Below, one piece after another: positions 63,253 to 64,000 of a stretch of 64,000 bases of DNA (within the stretch, counting starts at the first letter, position 1; every line of letters starts with the position of its first letter). The translations under genes were made by a program, and so were the position numbers. Source of the DNA: Spirochaetota bacterium (GTDB lineage: Bacteria > Spirochaetota > UBA4802 > UBA5550); assembly GCA_016928865.1 (NCBI GenBank), contig JAFGJX010000069.1:40151-104150 (forward strand). Direction: 5' to 3'. The notes under the pieces were generated by a model that made no database searches, was not told the origin of the DNA, and saw only the letters and a list, made by a program, of their open reading frames with translations.

Positions 63253-64000
63253 ATGAACCCTGCATCTGAACCCATCCTCATCGTCGGCGGCGCCGGGTAC
63301 ATCGGCTCGCATATCAATAAAGGTCTGTCCGGACAGGGATACAGGACCGTCGTTTTCGACAACTTTTCATGCGGACACCGCGAGTTCCTCAAATGGGGCG
63401 AATTTGTTGAGGGCGATCTCGCAGATGTCGGGCAGATCAGGGGGCTTTTTGCACAATACCGGTTCGCAGCGGTCATGCATTTTTCCGCGTTTACCTATGT
63501 CGGGGAGTCGGTCTCGGATCCCGCGAAGTACTATGCCAATAATGTGACGAATACGCTTAACCTGCTGAATGTCATGCGCGAAAACACTGTGAACAAGTTC
63601 ATCTTTTCCTCGAGCGCGGCGACCTACGGCGATCCGGTCGAAACACCGATAACGGAAACACACCCGCTGGCGCCGATCAACCCCTACGGCAGGACCAAGC
63701 TCATGGTTGAGAACATTCTGGCTGACTATTCGTCAGCCTATGACGTGCGATACACGGCGCTCAGGTATTTCAACGCTGCCGGCGCGGACCCTGAAACCGA
63801 GGTCGGGGAGTGGCATGATCCGGAAACCCACCTTATCCCGCTCGTGCTGGACGCGGCGCTGGGGACGAGGAAAAACATCCAGATCTACGGCACGGATTAC
63901 GATACGCCGGACGGCACCTGTGTCAGGGACTACATCCATGTGGCCGACCTCGCGGACGCGCATATACGCGCCCTGGAGCGCCTGCTCCGGGGCGAAGGAT
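63253..64000 (+). CDS. galE: UDP-glucose 4-epimerase, 3' end outside window
   Basis: It is not in the ORF track because there is no stop in the window. Frame-1 translation from ATG 63253 reads 'MNPASEPILIVGGAGYIGSH...FSSSAATYG...NPYGRTKLM...RYFNAAGA...VRDYIHV'. This gives the GxxGxxG motif, the catalytic YxxxK and GalE-specific blocks. Confidence 0.9.
   Translation, partial: MNPASEPILIVGGAGYIGSHINKGLSGQGYRTVVFDNFSCGHREFLKWGEFVEGDLADVGQIRGLFAQYRFAAVMHFSAFTYVGESVSDPAKYYANNVTNTLNLLNVMRENTVNKFIFSSSAATYGDPVETPITETHPLAPINPYGRTKLMVENILADYSSAYDVRYTALRYFNAAGADPETEVGEWHDPETHLIPLVLDAALGTRKNIQIYGTDYDTPDGTCVRDYIHVADLADAHIRALERLLRGEG

Noticed and set aside
1-64000. Scan for tRNA, rRNA, tmRNA, riboswitch leaders (for example upstream of purC, proA or the nadE-like gene), transposases, integrases and phage genes.
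   Set aside because: No cloverleaf-like or rRNA-like sequences were seen in the intergenic regions. No DDE, tyrosine or serine recombinase motifs appear in any ORF. The purC leader shows no purine-riboswitch-like conserved core that I can recognise by eye.

Overview
64-kb bacterial chromosomal window, gene-dense on both strands, with two distinct halves. Positions 1-34.2 kb are GC-rich housekeeping and signalling DNA. They carry rlmN, a tightly coupled PBP1A-M23-CNNM-CNNM operon, HIT, an MCP, a SplB-like radical-SAM protein and prfB (single frame, no programmed frameshift). They also carry fliS, purC, proA-nadD-LCP-rsfS, a STAS protein with a hybrid histidine kinase, two TIGR01777 paralogues and an ADP-forming acetyl-CoA synthetase. 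The gene content (flagellar chaperone, chemoreceptor, beta-barrel OMPs, many lipobox leaders) indicates a motile diderm bacterium; I cannot assign a taxon from the sequence alone. From ~34.2 kb onward the DNA is accessory and compositionally mosaic. It starts with a methyltransferase and a GIY-YIG fusion gene. Next comes an AT-rich vapBC cassette plus an MBL hydrolase, bracketed by a ~140-180-bp direct duplication. Two intact DUF559 genes and one truncated copy follow, bounded by GC-rich inverted repeats and flanking a class I (CyaA-type) adenylate cyclase. The last ~20 kb is a surface-glycan locus: VanZ-LamG, a beta-barrel OMP, a Wza-like exporter, a priming sugar transferase, NadE-like and WbuX-like PP-loop enzymes, and an ACP with an adenylate-forming ligase. 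It also holds three paralogous secreted SGNH-like proteins, a 1348-aa lipoprotein with 11 x 267-bp tandem repeats and a propeller-like tail, GH16 and galE. I found no rRNA, tRNA, CRISPR, transposase or integrase genes. The best candidates for something undescribed are three. First, the DUF559/REP repeat architecture around vapBC and the adenylate cyclase. Second, the carrier-protein (ACP + ligase + PP-loop) module interleaved with an unplaced family of three exported SGNH-like paralogues. Third, the highly repetitive giant lipoprotein. All functional calls rest on motif recognition by eye; no database search was possible.
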